DNA of 64,000 nucleotides, taken from Eledone cirrhosa. Lineage: Eukaryota. Under the pieces are notes generated by a model. The model made no database searches. It was not told the origin of the DNA and saw only the letters and a program-made list of their open reading frames with translations. This document shows positions 42,301-56,169 of the stretch, in pieces. Positions within the stretch are counted from its first letter, which is position 1, and every line of letters begins with the position of its first letter. The stretch is from positions 2,170,001-2,234,000 of the forward strand of contig OZ024744.1 in the NCBI GenBank assembly GCA_964016885.1, written 5' to 3'. The position numbers were made by a program, and so were the translations under genes.

Positions 42301-42575
42301 AAGCTATCTTTCTCTACCTTGTCTTCCCTCAAAATTTCGTTCTTCACCAAGCTATCTTTCTCGACCTTGTCTTCTCCTAAAACTTCGTTATTCACCAAGC
42401 TATCTTTCTCTACCTTGTCTTCTCCCAAAACTTCGTTATTCACCAAGCTATCTTTCTCTACCTTGTCTTCCCTCAAAACTTCGTTCTTCACCAAGCTATC
42501 TTTCTCTACCTTGTCTTCCCCCAAAACTTCGTTCTTCACCAAGCTATCTTTCTCTACCTTGTCTTCCCTCAAAAC
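33331..42575. repeat. Near-tandem higher-order repeat, 98-mer, period 4701 bp (~33331-37874 / ~38032-42575)
   Basis: 36032/40733, 36751/41452 and 37374/42075 share offset 4701 (98x48-3). Private markers gctacc, tctgcc, tttttcta and ttcgccc are shared. Confidence 0.93.
34497..35600. repeat. Nested 11-mer sub-repeat, period 528 bp, ~2 copies (copied along with the larger duplications at ~39.2 kb and ~44.4 kb)
   Basis: The tcGac marker is at 34497, 35025 and 35553 (spacing 528=11x48), with the same intervening order of variants. Confidence 0.85.
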
Positions 42576-45500
42576 TTCGTTATTCACCAAGCTATCTTTC
42601 TCTACCTTGTCTTCTCCCAAAACTTCGTTATTCACCAAGCTATCTTTCTCTACCTTGTCTTCCCTCAAAACTTCGTTCTTCACCAAGCTATCTTTCTCTA
42701 CCTTGTCTTCCCCCAAAACTTCGTTCTTCACCAAGCTATCTTTCTCTACCTTGTCTTCCCACAAAACGTCGTTCTTCACCAAGCTATCTTTCTCTATTTT
42801 GTCTTCCCTCAAAACGTCGTTCTTCACCAAGCTATCTTTCTCTACCTTGTCTTCCCTCAAAATTTCGTTCTTCACCAAGCTATCTTTCTCGACCTTGTCT
42901 TCTCCCAAAACTTCGTTATTCACCAAGCTATCTTTCTCTACCTTGTCTTCCCTCAAAACTTCGTTCTTCACCAAGCTATCTTTCTCTACCTTGTCTTCGC
43001 CCAAAACTTCGTTCTTCACCAAGCTATCTTTCTCTACCTTGTCTTCCCCCAAAATTTCGTTCTTCACCAAGCTATCTTTCTCTACCTTGTCTTCCCCCAA
43101 AACTTCGTTCTTCACCAAGTCATCTTTCTCTACCTTGTCATCCCTCAAAACTTCGTTCTTCACCAATCTATCTTTCTCTACCTTGTCTTCCCCCAAAACT
43201 ACGTTCTTCACCAAGCTATCTTTCTCTAGCTTGTCTTCACACAAAACCTCGTTCTTCACCAAGCTATCTTTCTCTACCTTGTCTTCCCACAAAACGTCAT
43301 TCTTCACCAAGCTATCTTTCTCTACCTTGTCTTCCCTCAAAACGTCGTTCTTCACCAAGCTATCTTTCTCTACCTTGTCTTCTCCCAAAACTTCGTTATT
43401 CACCAAGCTATCTTTCTCTACCTTGTCTTCCCCCAAAACTTCGTTCTTCACCAAGCTTTCTTTCTCTACACTGTCTTCCCCAAAACTTCGTTCTTCACCA
43501 AGCTATCTTTCTCTACCTTGTCTTCCCCCAAAACTTCGTTGTTCACCAAGCTATCTTTCTCTACCTTGTCTTCCCCAAAAACTTCGTTCTTCACCAAGCT
43601 ATCTTTCTCTACCTTGTCCTCCCCCAAAGCTTCGTTCTTCACCAAGCTATCTTTCTCTACCTTGTCTTCCCACAATACTTCGTTCTTCACCAAGCTATCT
43701 TTCTCTACCTTGTCTTCCCACAAAACGTCGTTCTTCACCAAGCTATCTTTCTCTACCTTGTCTTCCCTCAAAACTTCGTTCTTCACCAAGCTATCTTTCT
43801 CTACCTTATCTTCCCCCAAAACTTCGTTCTTCACCAAGCTATCTTTCTCTACCTTGTCTTCCCCCAAAACTTCGTTCTTCACCAAGCTATCTTTCTCTAC
43901 CTTGTCTTCCCTCAAAACTTCGTTCTTCACCAAGCTATCTTTCTCGACCTTGTCTTCTCCCAAAACTTCGTTATTCACCAAGCTATCTTTCTCTACCTTG
44001 TCTTCCCACAAAACTTCGTTCTTCACCAAGCTATCTTTCTCTACCTTGTCTTCCCTCAAAACGTCGTTCTTCACCAAGCTATCTTTCTCTACATTGTCTT
44101 CCCCAAAACATCGTTCTTCACCAAGCTATCTTTCTCTACCTTGTCTTCCCCCAAAACTTCGTTCTTCACCAAGCTATCTTTCTCTACCTTGTCTTCCCCC
44201 AAAACTTCGTTCTTCACCAAGCTATCTTTCTCTACCTTGTCTTCCCACAAAACGTCGTTCTTCACCAAGCTATCTTTCTCTATTTTGTCTTCCCTCAAAA
44301 CGTCGTTCTTCACCAAGCTATCTTTCTCTACCTTGTCTTCCCACAAAACTTCGTTCTTCACCAAGCTATCTTTCTCTACCTTGTCTTCCCTCAAAACGTC
44401 GTTCTTCACCAAGCTATCTTTCTCTACATTGTCTTCCCCAAAACTTCGTTATTCACCAAGCTATCTTTCTCTACCTTGTCTTCCCACAAAACTTCGTTCT
44501 TCACCAAGCTATCTTTCTCTACCTTGTCTTCCCTCAAAACGTCGTTCTTCACCAAGCTATCTTTCTCTACCTTGTCTTCCCTCAAAACGTCGTTCTTCAC
44601 CAAGCTATCTTTCTCTACCTTGTCTTCCCTCAAAACGTCGTTCTTCACCAAGCTATCTTTCTCTACCTTGTCTTCTCCCAAAACTTCGTTATTCACCAAG
44701 CTATCTTTTTCTACCTTGTCTTCCCTCAAAACTTCGTTCTTCACCAAGCTATCTTTCTCTACCTTGTCTTCCCCCAAAACTTCGTTCTTCACCAAGCTAT
44801 CTTTCTCTACCTTGTCTTCCCACAAAACGTCGTTCTTCACCAAGCTATCTTTCTCTATTTTGTCTTCCCTCAAAACGTCGTTCTTCACCAAGCTATCTTT
44901 CTCTACCTTGTCTTCCCTCAAAATTTCGTTCTTCACCAAGCTATCTTTCTCGACCTTGTCTTCTCCCAAAACTTCGTTATTCACCAAGCTATCTTTCTCT
45001 ACCTTGTCTTCCCACAAAACTTCGTTCTTCACCAAGCTATCTTTCTCTACCTTGTCTTCCCTCAAAACGTCGTTCTTCACCAAGCTATCTTTCTCTACCT
45101 TGTCTTCCCTCAAAACGTCGTTCTTCACCAAGCTATCTTTCTCTACCTTGTCTTCCCTCAAAACGTCGTTCTTCACCAAGCTATCTTTCTCTACCTTGTC
45201 TTCTCCCAAAACTTCGTTATTCACCAAGCTATCTTTCTCTACCTTGTCCTCCCTCAAAACTTCGTTCTTCACCAAGCTATCTTTCTCTACCTTGTCTTCC
45301 CCCAAAACTTCGTTCTTCACCAAGCTATCTTTCTCTACCTTGTCTTCCCACAAAACGTCGTTCTTCACCAAGCTATCTTTCTCTATTTTGTCTTCCCTCA
45401 AAACGTCGTTCTTCACCAAGCTATCTTTCTCTACCTTGTCTTCCCTCAAAATTTCGTTCTTCACCAAGCTATCTTTCTCGACCTTGTCTTCTCCCAAAAC

Positions 45501-48500
45501 TTCGTTATTCACCAAGCTATCTTTCTCTACCTTGTCTTCCCTCAAAACTTCGTTCTTCACCAAGCTATCTTTCTCTACCTTGTCTTCGCCCAAAACTTCG
45601 TTCTTCACCAAGCTATCTTTCTCTACCTTGTCTTCCCCCAAAATTTCGTTCTTCACCAAGCTATCTTTCTCTACCTTGTCTTCCCCCAAAACTTCGTTCT
45701 TCACCAAGTCATCTTTCTCTACCTTGTCATCCCTCAAAACTTCGTTCTTCACCAATCTATCTTTCTCTACCTTGTCTTCCCCCAAAACTACGTTCTTCAC
45801 CAAGCTATCTTTCTCTAGCTTGTCTTCACACAAAACCTCGTTCTTCACCAAGCTATCTTTCTCTACCTTGTCTTCCCACAAAACGTCATTCTTCACCAAG
45901 CTATCTTTCTCTACCTTGTCTTCTCCCAAAACTTCGTTCTTCACCAAGCTATCTTTCTCTACCTTGTCTTCCCCCAAAATTTCGTTCTTCGCAAGCTATC
46001 TTTCTCTACCTTGTCTTCCGTCAAAACTTCGTTCTTCACCAAGCTATCTTTCTCTACCTTGTCTTCCCCCAAAACTACGTTCTTCACCAAGCTATCTTTC
46101 TCTAGCTTGTCTTCACACAAAACCTCGTTCTTCACCAAGCTATCTTTCTCTACCTTGTCTTCCCACAAAACGTCGTTCTTCACCAAGCTATCTTTCTCTA
46201 CCTTGTCTTCCCTCAGAACTTCGTTCTTCACCAAGCTATCTTTCTCTACCTTGTCTTCCCCCAAAACTACGTTCTTCACCAAGCTATCTTTCTCTAGCTT
46301 GTCTTCACACAAAACCTCGTTCTTCACCAAGCTTTCTTTCTCTACCTTGTCTTCCCACAAAACGTCATTCTTCACCAAGCTATCTTTCTCTACCTTGTCT
46401 TCTCCCAAAACTTCGTTCTTCACCAAGCTATCTTTCTCTACCTTGTCTTCCCTCAGAACTTCGTTCTTCACCAAGCTATCTTTCTCTACCTTGTCTTCCC
46501 TCAAAACTTCGTTCTTCACCAAGCTATCTTTCTCTACCTTGTCTTCCCTCAAAACGTCGTTCTTCACCAAGCTATCTTTCTCTACCTTGTCTTCTCCCAA
46601 AACTTCGTTATTCACCAAGCTATCTTTCTCTACCTTGTCTTCCCCCAAAACTTCGTTCTTCACCAAGCTTTCTTTCTCTACACTGTCTTCCCCAAAACTT
46701 CGTTCTTCACCAAGCTATCTTTCTCTACCTTGTCTTCCCCCAAAACTTCGTTGTTCACCAAGCTATCTTTCTCTACCTTGTCTTCCCCAAAAACTTCGTT
46801 CTTCACCAAGCTATCTTTCTCTACCTTGTCCTCCCCCAAAGCTTCGTTCTTCACCAAGCTATCTTTCTCTACCTTGTCTTCCCACAATACTTCGTTCTTC
46901 ACCAAGCTATCTTTCTCTACCTTGTCTTCCCACAAAACGTCGTTCTTCACCAAGCTATCTTTCTCTACCTTGTCTTCCCTCAAAACTTCGTTCTTCACCA
47001 AGCTATCTTTCTCTACCTTATCTTCCCCCAAAACTTCGTTCTTCACCAAGCTATCTTTCTCTACCTTGTCTTCCCCCAAAACTTCGTTCTTCACCAAGCT
47101 ATCTTTCTCTACCTTGTCTTCCCTCAAAACTTCGTTCTTCACCAAGCTATCTTTCTCGACCTTGTCTTCTCCCAAAACTTCGTTATTCACCAAGCTATCT
47201 TTCTCTACCTTGTCTTCCCACAAAACTTCGTTCTTCACCAAGCTATCTTTCTCTACCTTGTCTTCCCTCAAAACGTCGTTCTTCACCAAGCTATCTTTCT
47301 CTACATTGTCTTCCCCAAAACATCGTTCTTCACCAAGCTATCTTTCTCTACCTTGTCTTCCCCCAAAACTTCGTTCTTCACCAAGCTATCTTTCTCTACC
47401 TTGTCTTCCCCCAAAACTTCGTTCTTCACCAAGCTATCTTTCTCTACCTTGTCTTCCCACAAAACGTCGTTCTTCACCAAGCTATCTTTCTCTATTTTGT
47501 CTTCCCTCAAAACGTCGTTCTTCACCAAGCTATCTTTCTCTACCTTGTCTTCCCTCAAAATTTCGTTCTTCACCAAGCTATCTTTCTCGACCTTGTCTTC
47601 TCCTAAAACTTCGTTATTCACCAAGCTATCTTTCTCTACCTTGTCTTCTCCCAAAACTTCGTTATTCACCAAGCTATCTTTCTCTACCTTGTCTTCCCTC
47701 AAAACTTCGTTCTTCACCAAGCTATCTTTCTCTACCTTGTCTTCCCCCAAAACTTCGTTCTTCACCAAGCTATCTTTCTCTACCTTGTCTTCCCTCAAAA
47801 CTTCGTTATTCACCAAGCTATCTTTCTCTACCTTGTCTTCTCCCAAAACTTCGTTATTCACCAAGCTATCTTTCTCTACCTTGTCTTCCCTCAAAACTTC
47901 GTTCTTCACCAAGCTATCTTTCTCTACCTTGTCTTCCCCCAAAACTTCGTTCTTCACCAAGCTATCTTTCTCTACCTTGTCTTCCCACAAAACGTCGTTC
48001 TTCACCAAGCTATCTTTCTCTATTTTGTCTTCCCTCAAAACGTCGTTCTTCACCAAGCTATCTTTCTCTACCTTGTCTTCCCTCAAAATTTCGTTCTTCA
48101 CCAAGCTATCTTTCTCGACCTTGTCTTCTCCCAAAACTTCGTTATTCACCAAGCTATCTTTCTCTACCTTGTCTTCCCTCAAAACTTCGTTCTTCACCAA
48201 GCTATCTTTCTCTACCTTGTCTTCGCCCAAAACTTCGTTCTTCACCAAGCTATCTTTCTCTACCTTGTCTTCCCCCAAAATTTCGTTCTTCACCAAGCTA
48301 TCTTTCTCTACCTTGTCTTCCCCCAAAACTTCGTTCTTCACCAAGTCATCTTTCTCTACCTTGTCATCCCTCAAAACTTCGTTCTTCACCAATCTATCTT
48401 TCTCTACCTTGTCTTCCCCCAAAACTACGTTCTTCACCAAGCTATCTTTCTCTAGCTTGTCTTCACACAAAACCTCGTTCTTCACCAAGCTACCTTTCTC

Positions 48501-49568
48501 TACCTTGTCTTCCCACAAAACGTCATTCTTCACCAAGCTATCTTTCTCTACCTTGTCTTCCCTCAAAACGTCGTTCTTCACCAAGCTATCTTTCTCTACC
48601 TTGTCTTCTCCCAAAACTTCGTTATTCACCAAGCTATCTTTCTCTACCTTGTCTTCCCCCAAAACTTCGTTCTTCACCAAGCTTTCTTTCTCTACACTGT
48701 CTTCCCCAAAACTTCGTTCTTCACCAAGCTATCTTTCTCTACCTTGTCTTCCCCCAAAACTTCGTTGTTCACCAAGCTATCTTTCTCTACCTTGTCTTCC
48801 CCAAAAACTTCGTTCTTCACCAAGCTATCTTTCTCTACCTTGTCCTCCCCCAAAGCTTCGTTCTTCACCAAGCTATCTTTCTCTACCTTGTCTTCCCACA
48901 ATACTTCGTTCTTCACCAAGCTATCTTTCTCTACCTTGTCTTCCCACAAAACGTCGTTCTTCACCAAGCTATCTTTCTCTACCTTGTCTTCCCTCAAAAC
49001 TTCGTTCTTCACCAAGCTATCTTTCTCTACCTTATCTTCCCCCAAAACTTCGTTCTTCACCAAGCTATCTTTCTCTACCTTGTCTTCCCCCAAAACTTCG
49101 TTCTTCACCAAGCTATCTTTCTCTACCTTGTCTTCCCTCAATACTTCGTTCTTCACCAAGCTATCTTTCTCGACCTTGTCTTCTCCCAAAACTTCGTTAT
49201 TCACCAAGCTATCTTTCTCTACCTTGTCTTCCCACAAAACTTCGTTCTTCACCAAGCTATCTTTCTCTACCTTGTCTTCCCTCAAAACGTCGTTCTTCAC
49301 CAAGCTATCTTTCTCTACATTGTCTTCCCCAAAACATCGTTCTTCACCAAGCTATCTTTCTCTACCTTGTCTTCCCCCAAAACTTCGTTCTTCACCAAGC
49401 TATCTTTCTCTACCTTGTCTTCCCCCAAAACTTCGTTCTTCACCAAGCTATCTTTCTCTACCTTGTCTTCCCACAAAACGTCGTTCTTCACCAAGCTATC
49501 TTTCTCTATTTTGTCTTCCCTCAAAACGTCGTTCTTCACCAAGCTATCTTTCTCTACCTTGTCTTCCC
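39215..49568. repeat. Near-tandem higher-order repeat, 109-mer, period 5226 bp (~39215-44342 / ~44441-49568)
   Basis: 40733/45959, 41452/46678, 42075/47301, 43466/48692 and 44089/49315 share offset 5226 (109x48-6). It contains an internal 2014-bp repeat (41452/43466). Confidence 0.93.
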
Positions 49569-49769
49569 TCAAAATTTCGTTCTTCACCAAGCTATCTTTC
49601 TCGACCTTGTCTTCTCCTAAAACTTCGTTATTCACCAAGCTATCTTTCTCTACCTTGTCTTCTCCCAAAACTTCGTTATTCACCAAGCTATCTTTCTCTA
49701 CCTTGTCTTCCCTCAAAACTTCGTTCTTCACCAAGCTATCTTTCTCTACCTTGTCTTCCCCCAAAACTT

Positions 49770-52430
49770 CGTTCTTCACCAAGCTATCTTTCTCTACCTT
49801 GTCTTCCCCCAAAACTTCGTTCTTCACCAAGCTATCTTTCTCTACCTTGTCTTCCCCCAAAACTTCGTTCTTCACCAAGTCATCTTTCTCTACCTTGTCA
49901 TCCCTCTAAACTTCGTTCTTCACCAATCTATCTTTCTCTACCTTGTCTTCCCCCAAAACTACGTTCTTCACCAACCTATCTTTCTCTAGCTTGTCTTCAC
50001 ACAAAACCTCGTTCTTCACCAAGCTATCTTTCTCTACCTTGTCTTCCCTCAGAACTTCGTTCTTCACCAAGCTATCTTTCTCTAGCTTGTCTTCCCCCAA
50101 AACTTCGTTCTTCACCAAGCTATCTTTCTCTACCTTGTCTTCCCCCAAAACTACGTTCTTCACCAAGCTATCTTTCTCTACCTTGTCCTCCCCCAAAACT
50201 TCGTTCTTCACCAAGCTATCTTTCTCTACCTTCTCTTCCCTCAGAACTTCGTTCTTCACCAAGTTATCTTTCTCTACCTTGTCTTCCCCCAAAACTTCGT
50301 TCTTCACCAAGCTATCTTTCTCTACATTGTCTTCCCCAAAACTTCGTTCTTCACCAAGCTATCTTTCTCTACCTTGTCTTCCCCCAAAACTTCGTTCTTC
50401 ACCAAGCTATCTTTCTCTACCTTGTCTTCCCCCAAAACTTCGTTCTTCACCAAGTCATCTTTCTCTACCTTGTCATCCCTCAAAACTTCGTTCTTCACCA
50501 ATCTATCTTTCTCTACCTTGTCTTCCCCCAAAACTACGTTCTTCACCAAGCTATCTTTCTCTAGCTTGTCTTCACACAAAACCTCGTTCTTCACCAAGCT
50601 ATCTTTCTCTACCTTGTCTTCCCACAAAACGTCATTCTTCACCAAGCTATCTTTCTCTACCTTGTCTTCTCCCAAAACTTCGTTCTTCACCAAGCTATCT
50701 TTCTCTACCCTGTCTTCCCTCAGAACTTCGTTCTTCACCAAGCTATCTTTCTCTACCTTGTCCTCCCCCAAAACTTCGTTCTTCACCAAGCTATCTTTCT
50801 CTACCTTGTCTTCCCCCAAAACTTCGTTCTTCGCAAGCTATCTTTCTCTACCTTGTTTTCCCCCAAAACTTCGTTGTTCACCAAGCTATCTTTCTCTACC
50901 TTGTCTTCCCCCAAAACTTCGTTCTTCACCAAGCTATCTTTCTCTACCTTGTCTTCCCCCAAAACTTCGTTCTTCACCAAGCTATCTTTCTCTACCTTGT
51001 CCACCCACAAAACTTCGTTCTTCACCAAGCTATCTTTCTCTACCTTGTCTTCCCCCAAAGCTTCGTTCTTCACCAAGCTATCTTTCTCTACCTTGTCTTC
51101 CCACAATACTTCGTTCTTCACCAAGCTATCTTTCTCTACCTTGTCTTCCCACAAAACGTCGTTCTTCAGCAAGCTATCTTTCTCTACCTTGTCTTCCCTC
51201 AAAACTTCGTTCTTCACCAAGCTATCTTTCTCTACCTTATCTTCCCCCAAAACTTCGTTCTTCACCAAGCTATCTTTCTCTACCTTGTCTTCCCCCAAAA
51301 CTTCGTTCTTCACCAAGCTATCTTTCTCTACCTTGTCTTCCCCCAAAACTTCGTTCTTCACCAAGTCATCTTTCTCTACCTTGTCATCCCTCTAAACTTC
51401 GTTCTTCACCAATCTATCTTTCTCTACCTTGTCTTCCCCCAAAACTACGTTCTTCACCAACCTATCTTTCTCTAGCTTGTCTTCACACAAAACCTCGTTC
51501 TTCACCAAGCTATCTTTCTCTACCTTGTCTTCCCTCAGAACTTCGTTCTTCACCAAGCTATCTTTCTCTACCTTGTCTTCCCCCAAAACTTCGTTCTTCA
51601 CCAAGCTATCTTTCTCTACCTTGTCTTCCCCCAAAACTACGTTCTTCACCAAGCTATCTTTCTCTACCTTGTCCTCCCCCAAAACTTCGTTCTTCACCAA
51701 GCTATCTTTCTCTACCTTGTCTTCCCTCAGAACTTCGTTCTTCACCAAGTTATCTTTCTCTACCTTGTCTTCCCCCAAAACTTCGTTCTTCACCAAGCTA
51801 TCTTTCTCTACATTGTCTTCCCCAAAACTTCGTTCTTCACCAAGCTATCTTTCTCTACCTTGTCTTCCCCCAAAACTTCGTTCTTCACCAAGCTATCTTT
51901 CTCTACCTTGTCTTCCCCCAAAACTTCGTTCTTCACCAAGTCATCTTTCTCTACCTTGTCATCCCTCAAAACTTCGTTCTTCACCAATCTATCTTTCTCT
52001 ACCTTGTCTTCCCCCAAAACTACGTTCTTCACCAAGCTATCTTTCTCTAGCTTGTCTTCACACAAAACCTCGTTCTTCACCAAGCTATCTTTCTCTACCT
52101 TGTCTTCCCACAAAACGTCATTCTTCACCAAGCTATCTTTCTCTACCTTGTCTTCTCCCAAAACTTCGTTCTTCACCAAGCTATCTTTCTCTACCCTGTC
52201 TTCCCTCAGAACTTCGTTCTTCACCAAGCTATCTTTCTCTACCTTGTCCTCCCCCAAAACTTCGTTCTTCACCAAGCTATCTTTCTCTACCTTGTCTTCC
52301 CCCAAAACTTCGTTCTTCGCAAGCTATCTTTCTCTACCTTGTTTTCCCCCAAAACTTCGTTGTTCACCAAGCTATCTTTCTCTACCTTGTCTTCCCCCAA
52401 AACTTCGTTCTTCACCAAGCTATCTTTCTC
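49770..52430. repeat. Block duplication, offset 1486 bp (31 monomers - 2 bp)
   Basis: 49906/51392, 50322/51808 and 50801/52287 share the offset. Private markers aagTtatc and tacCCtg are shared. Confidence 0.87.
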
Positions 52431-54840
52431 TACCTTGTCTTCCCTCAAAACTTCGTTCTTCACCAAGCTATCTTTCTCGACCTTGTCTTCTCCCAAAACT
52501 TCGTTATTCACCAAGCTATCTTTCTCTACCTTGTCTTCCCACAAAACTTCGTTCTTCACCAAGCTATCTTTCTCTACCTTGTCTTCCCTCAAAACGTCGT
52601 TCTTCACCAAGCTATCTTTCTCTACATTGTCTTCCCCAAAACATCGTTCTTCACCAAGCTATCTTTCTCTACCTTGTCTTCCCCCAAAACTTCGTTCTTC
52701 ACCAAGCTATCTTGCTCTACCTTGTCTTCCCCCAAAACTTCGTTCTTCACCAAGCTATCTTTCTCTACCTTGTCTTCCCACAAAACGTCGTTCTTCACCA
52801 AGCTATCTTTCTCTATTTTGTCTTCCCTCAAAACGTCGTTCTTCACCAAGCTATCTTTCTCTACCTTGTCTTCCCTCAAAATTTCGTTCTTCACCAAGCT
52901 ATCTTTCTCGACCTTGTCTTCTCCTAAAACTTCGTTATTCACCAAGCTATCTTTCTGTACCTTGTCTTCTCCCAAAACTTCGTTATTCACCAAGCTATCT
53001 TTCTCTACCTTGTCTTCCCTCAAAACTTCGTTCTTCACCAAGCTATCTTTCTCTACCTTGTCTTCCCCCAAAACTTCGTTCTTCACCAAGCTATCTTTCT
53101 CTACCTTGTCTTCCCCCAAAACTTCGTTCTTCACCAAGCTATCTTTCTCTACCTTGTCTTCCCCCAAAACTTCGTTCTTCACCAAGTCATCTTTCTCTAC
53201 CTTGTCATCCCTCTAAACTTCGTTCTTCACCAATCTATCTTTCTCTACCTTGTCTTCCCCCAAAACTACGTTCTTCACCAACCTATCTTTCTCTAGCTTG
53301 TCTTCACACAAAACCTCGTTCTTCACCAAGCTATCTTTCTCTACCTTGTCTTCCCTCAGAACTTCGTTCTTCACCAAGCTATCTTTCTCTACCTTGTCTT
53401 CCCCCAAAACTTCGTTCTTCACCAAGCTATCTTTCTCTACCTTGTCTTCCCCCAAAACTTCGTTCTTCACCAAGCTATCTTTCTCTACCTTGTCCTCCCA
53501 CAAAACTTCGTTCTTCACCAAGCTATCTTTCTCTACCTTGTCTTCCCCCAAAGCTTCGTTCTTCACCAAGCTATCTTTCTCTACCTTGTCTTCCCACAAT
53601 ACTTCGTTCTTCACCAAGCTATCTTTCTCTACCTTGTCTTCCCACAAAACGTCGTTCTTCACCAAGCTATCTTTCTCTACCTTGTCTTCCCTCAAAACTT
53701 CGTTCTTCACCAAGCTATCTTTCTCTACCTTATCTTCCCCCAAAACTTCGTTCTTCACCAAGCTATCTTTCTCTACCTTGTCTTCCCCCAAAACTTCGTT
53801 CTTCACCAAGCTATCTTTCTCTACCTTGTCTTCCCTCAAAACTTCGTTCTTCACCAAGCTATCTTTCTCGACCTTGTCTTCTCCAAAAACTTCGTTATTC
53901 ACCAAGCTATCTTTCTCTACCTTGTCTTCCCACAAAACTTCGTTCTTCACCAAGCTATCTTTCTCTACCTTGTCTTCCCTCAAAACGTCGTTCTTCACCA
54001 AGCTATCTTTCTCTACATTGTCTTCCCCAAAACATCGTTCTTCACCAAGCTATCTTTCTCTACCTTGTCTTCCCCCAAAACTTCGTTCTTCACCAAGCTA
54101 TCTTTCTCTACCTTGTCTTCCCCCAAAACTTCGTTCTTCACCAAGCTATCTTTCTCTACCTTGTCTTCCCACAAAACGTCGTTCTTCACCAAGCTATCTT
54201 TCTCTATTTTGTCTTCCCTCAAAACGTCGTTCTTCACCAAGCTATCTTTCTCTACCTTGTCTTCCCTCAAAATTTCGTTCTTCACCAAGCTATCTTTCTC
54301 GACCTTGTCTTCTCCTAAAACTTCGTTATTCACCAAGCTATCTTTCTCTACCTTGTCTTCTCCCAAAACTTCGTTATTCACCAAGCTATCTTTCTCTACC
54401 TTGTCTTCCCTCAAAACTTCGTTCTTCACCAAGCTATCTTTCTCTACCTTGTCTTCCCCCAAAACTTCGTTCTTCACCAAGCTATCTTTCTCTACCTTGT
54501 CTTCCCCCAAAACTTCGTTCTTCACCAAGCTATCTTTCTCTACCTTGTCTTCCCCCAAAACTTCGTTCTTCACCAAGTCATCTTTCTCTACCTTGTCATC
54601 CCTCTAAACTTCGTTCTTCACCAATCTATCTTTCTCTACCTTGTCTTCCCCCAAAACTACGTTCTTCACCAACCTATCTTTCTCTAGCTTGTCTTCACAC
54701 AAAACCTCGTTCTTCACCAAGCTATCTTTCTCTACCTTGTCTTCCCTCAGAACTTCGTTCTTCACCAAGCTATCTTTCTCTACCTTGTCTTCCCCCAAAA
54801 CTTCGTTCTTCACCAAGCTATCTTTCTCTACCTTGTCTTC
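52400..54840. repeat. Block duplication, offset 1391 bp (29 monomers - 1 bp)
   Basis: 52622/54013 and 53213/54604 share offset 1391. Boundaries are approximate. Confidence 0.8.
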
Positions 54841-56169
54841 CCCCAAAACTACGTTCTTCACCAAGCTATCTTTCTCTACCTTGTCCTCCCCCAAAACTTC
54901 GTTCTTCACCAAGCTATCTTTCTCTACCTTGTCTTCCCTCAGAACTTCGTTCTTCACCAAGCTATCTTTCTCTACCTTGTCTTCCCCCAAAACTTCGTTC
55001 TTCACCAAGCTATCTTTCTCTACATTGTCTTCCCAAAACTTCGTTCTTCACCAAGCTATCTTTCTCTACCTTGTCTTCCCCCAAAACTTCGTTCTTCACC
55101 AAGCTATCTTTCTCTACCTTGTCTTCCCCCAAAACTTCGTTCTTCACCAAGTCATCTTTCTCTACCTTGTCATCCCTCAAAACTTCGTTCTTCACCAATC
55201 TATCTTTCTCTACCTTGTCTTCCCCCAAAACTACGTTCTTCACCAAGCTATCTTTCTCTAGCTTGTCTTCACACAAAACCTCGTTCTTCACCAAGCTATC
55301 TTTCTCTACCTTGTCTTCCCACAAAACGTCATTCTTCACCAAGCTATCTTTCTCTACCTTGTCTTCTCCCAAAACTTCGTTCTTCACCAAGCTATCTTTC
55401 TCTACCCTGTCTTCCCTCAGAACTTCGTTCTTCACCAAGCTATCTTTCTCTACCTTGTCCTCCCCCAAAACTTCGTTCTTCACCAAGCTATCTTTCTCTA
55501 CCTTGTCTTCCCCCAAAACTTCGTTCTTCGCAAGCTATCTTTCTCTACCTTGTTTTCCCCCAAAACTTCGTTGTTCACCAAGCTATCTTTCTCTACCTTG
55601 TCTTCCCCCAAAACTTCGTTCTTCACCAAGCTATCTTTCTCTACCTTGTCTTCCCCCAAAACTTCGTTCTTCACCAAGCTATCTTTCTCTACCTTGTCCT
55701 CCCACAAAACTTCGTTCTTCACCAAGCTATCTTTCTCTACCTTGTCTTCCCACAAAACGTCGTTCTTCACCAAGCTATCTTTCTCTACCTTGTCTTCCCT
55801 CAAAACTTCGTTCTTCACCAAGCTATCTTTCTCTACCTTGTCTTCCCTCAAAACGTCGTTCTTCACCAAGCTATCTTTCTCTACCTTGTCTTCTCCCAAA
55901 ACTTCGTTATTCACCAAGCTATCTTTCTCTACCTTGTCTTCCCTCAAAACTTCGTTCTTCACCAAGCTATCGTTCTCTAGCTTGTCTTCCCACAAAACGT
56001 CGTTCTTCACCAAGCTATCTTTCTCTACCTTGTCTTCCCTCAGAACTTCGTTCTTCAACAAGCTATCTTTCTCTACCTTGTCTTCCCCCAAAACTACGTT
56101 CTTCACCAAGCTATCTTTCTCTAGCTTGTCTTCACACAAAACCTCGTTCTTCACCAAGCTTTCTTTCTC

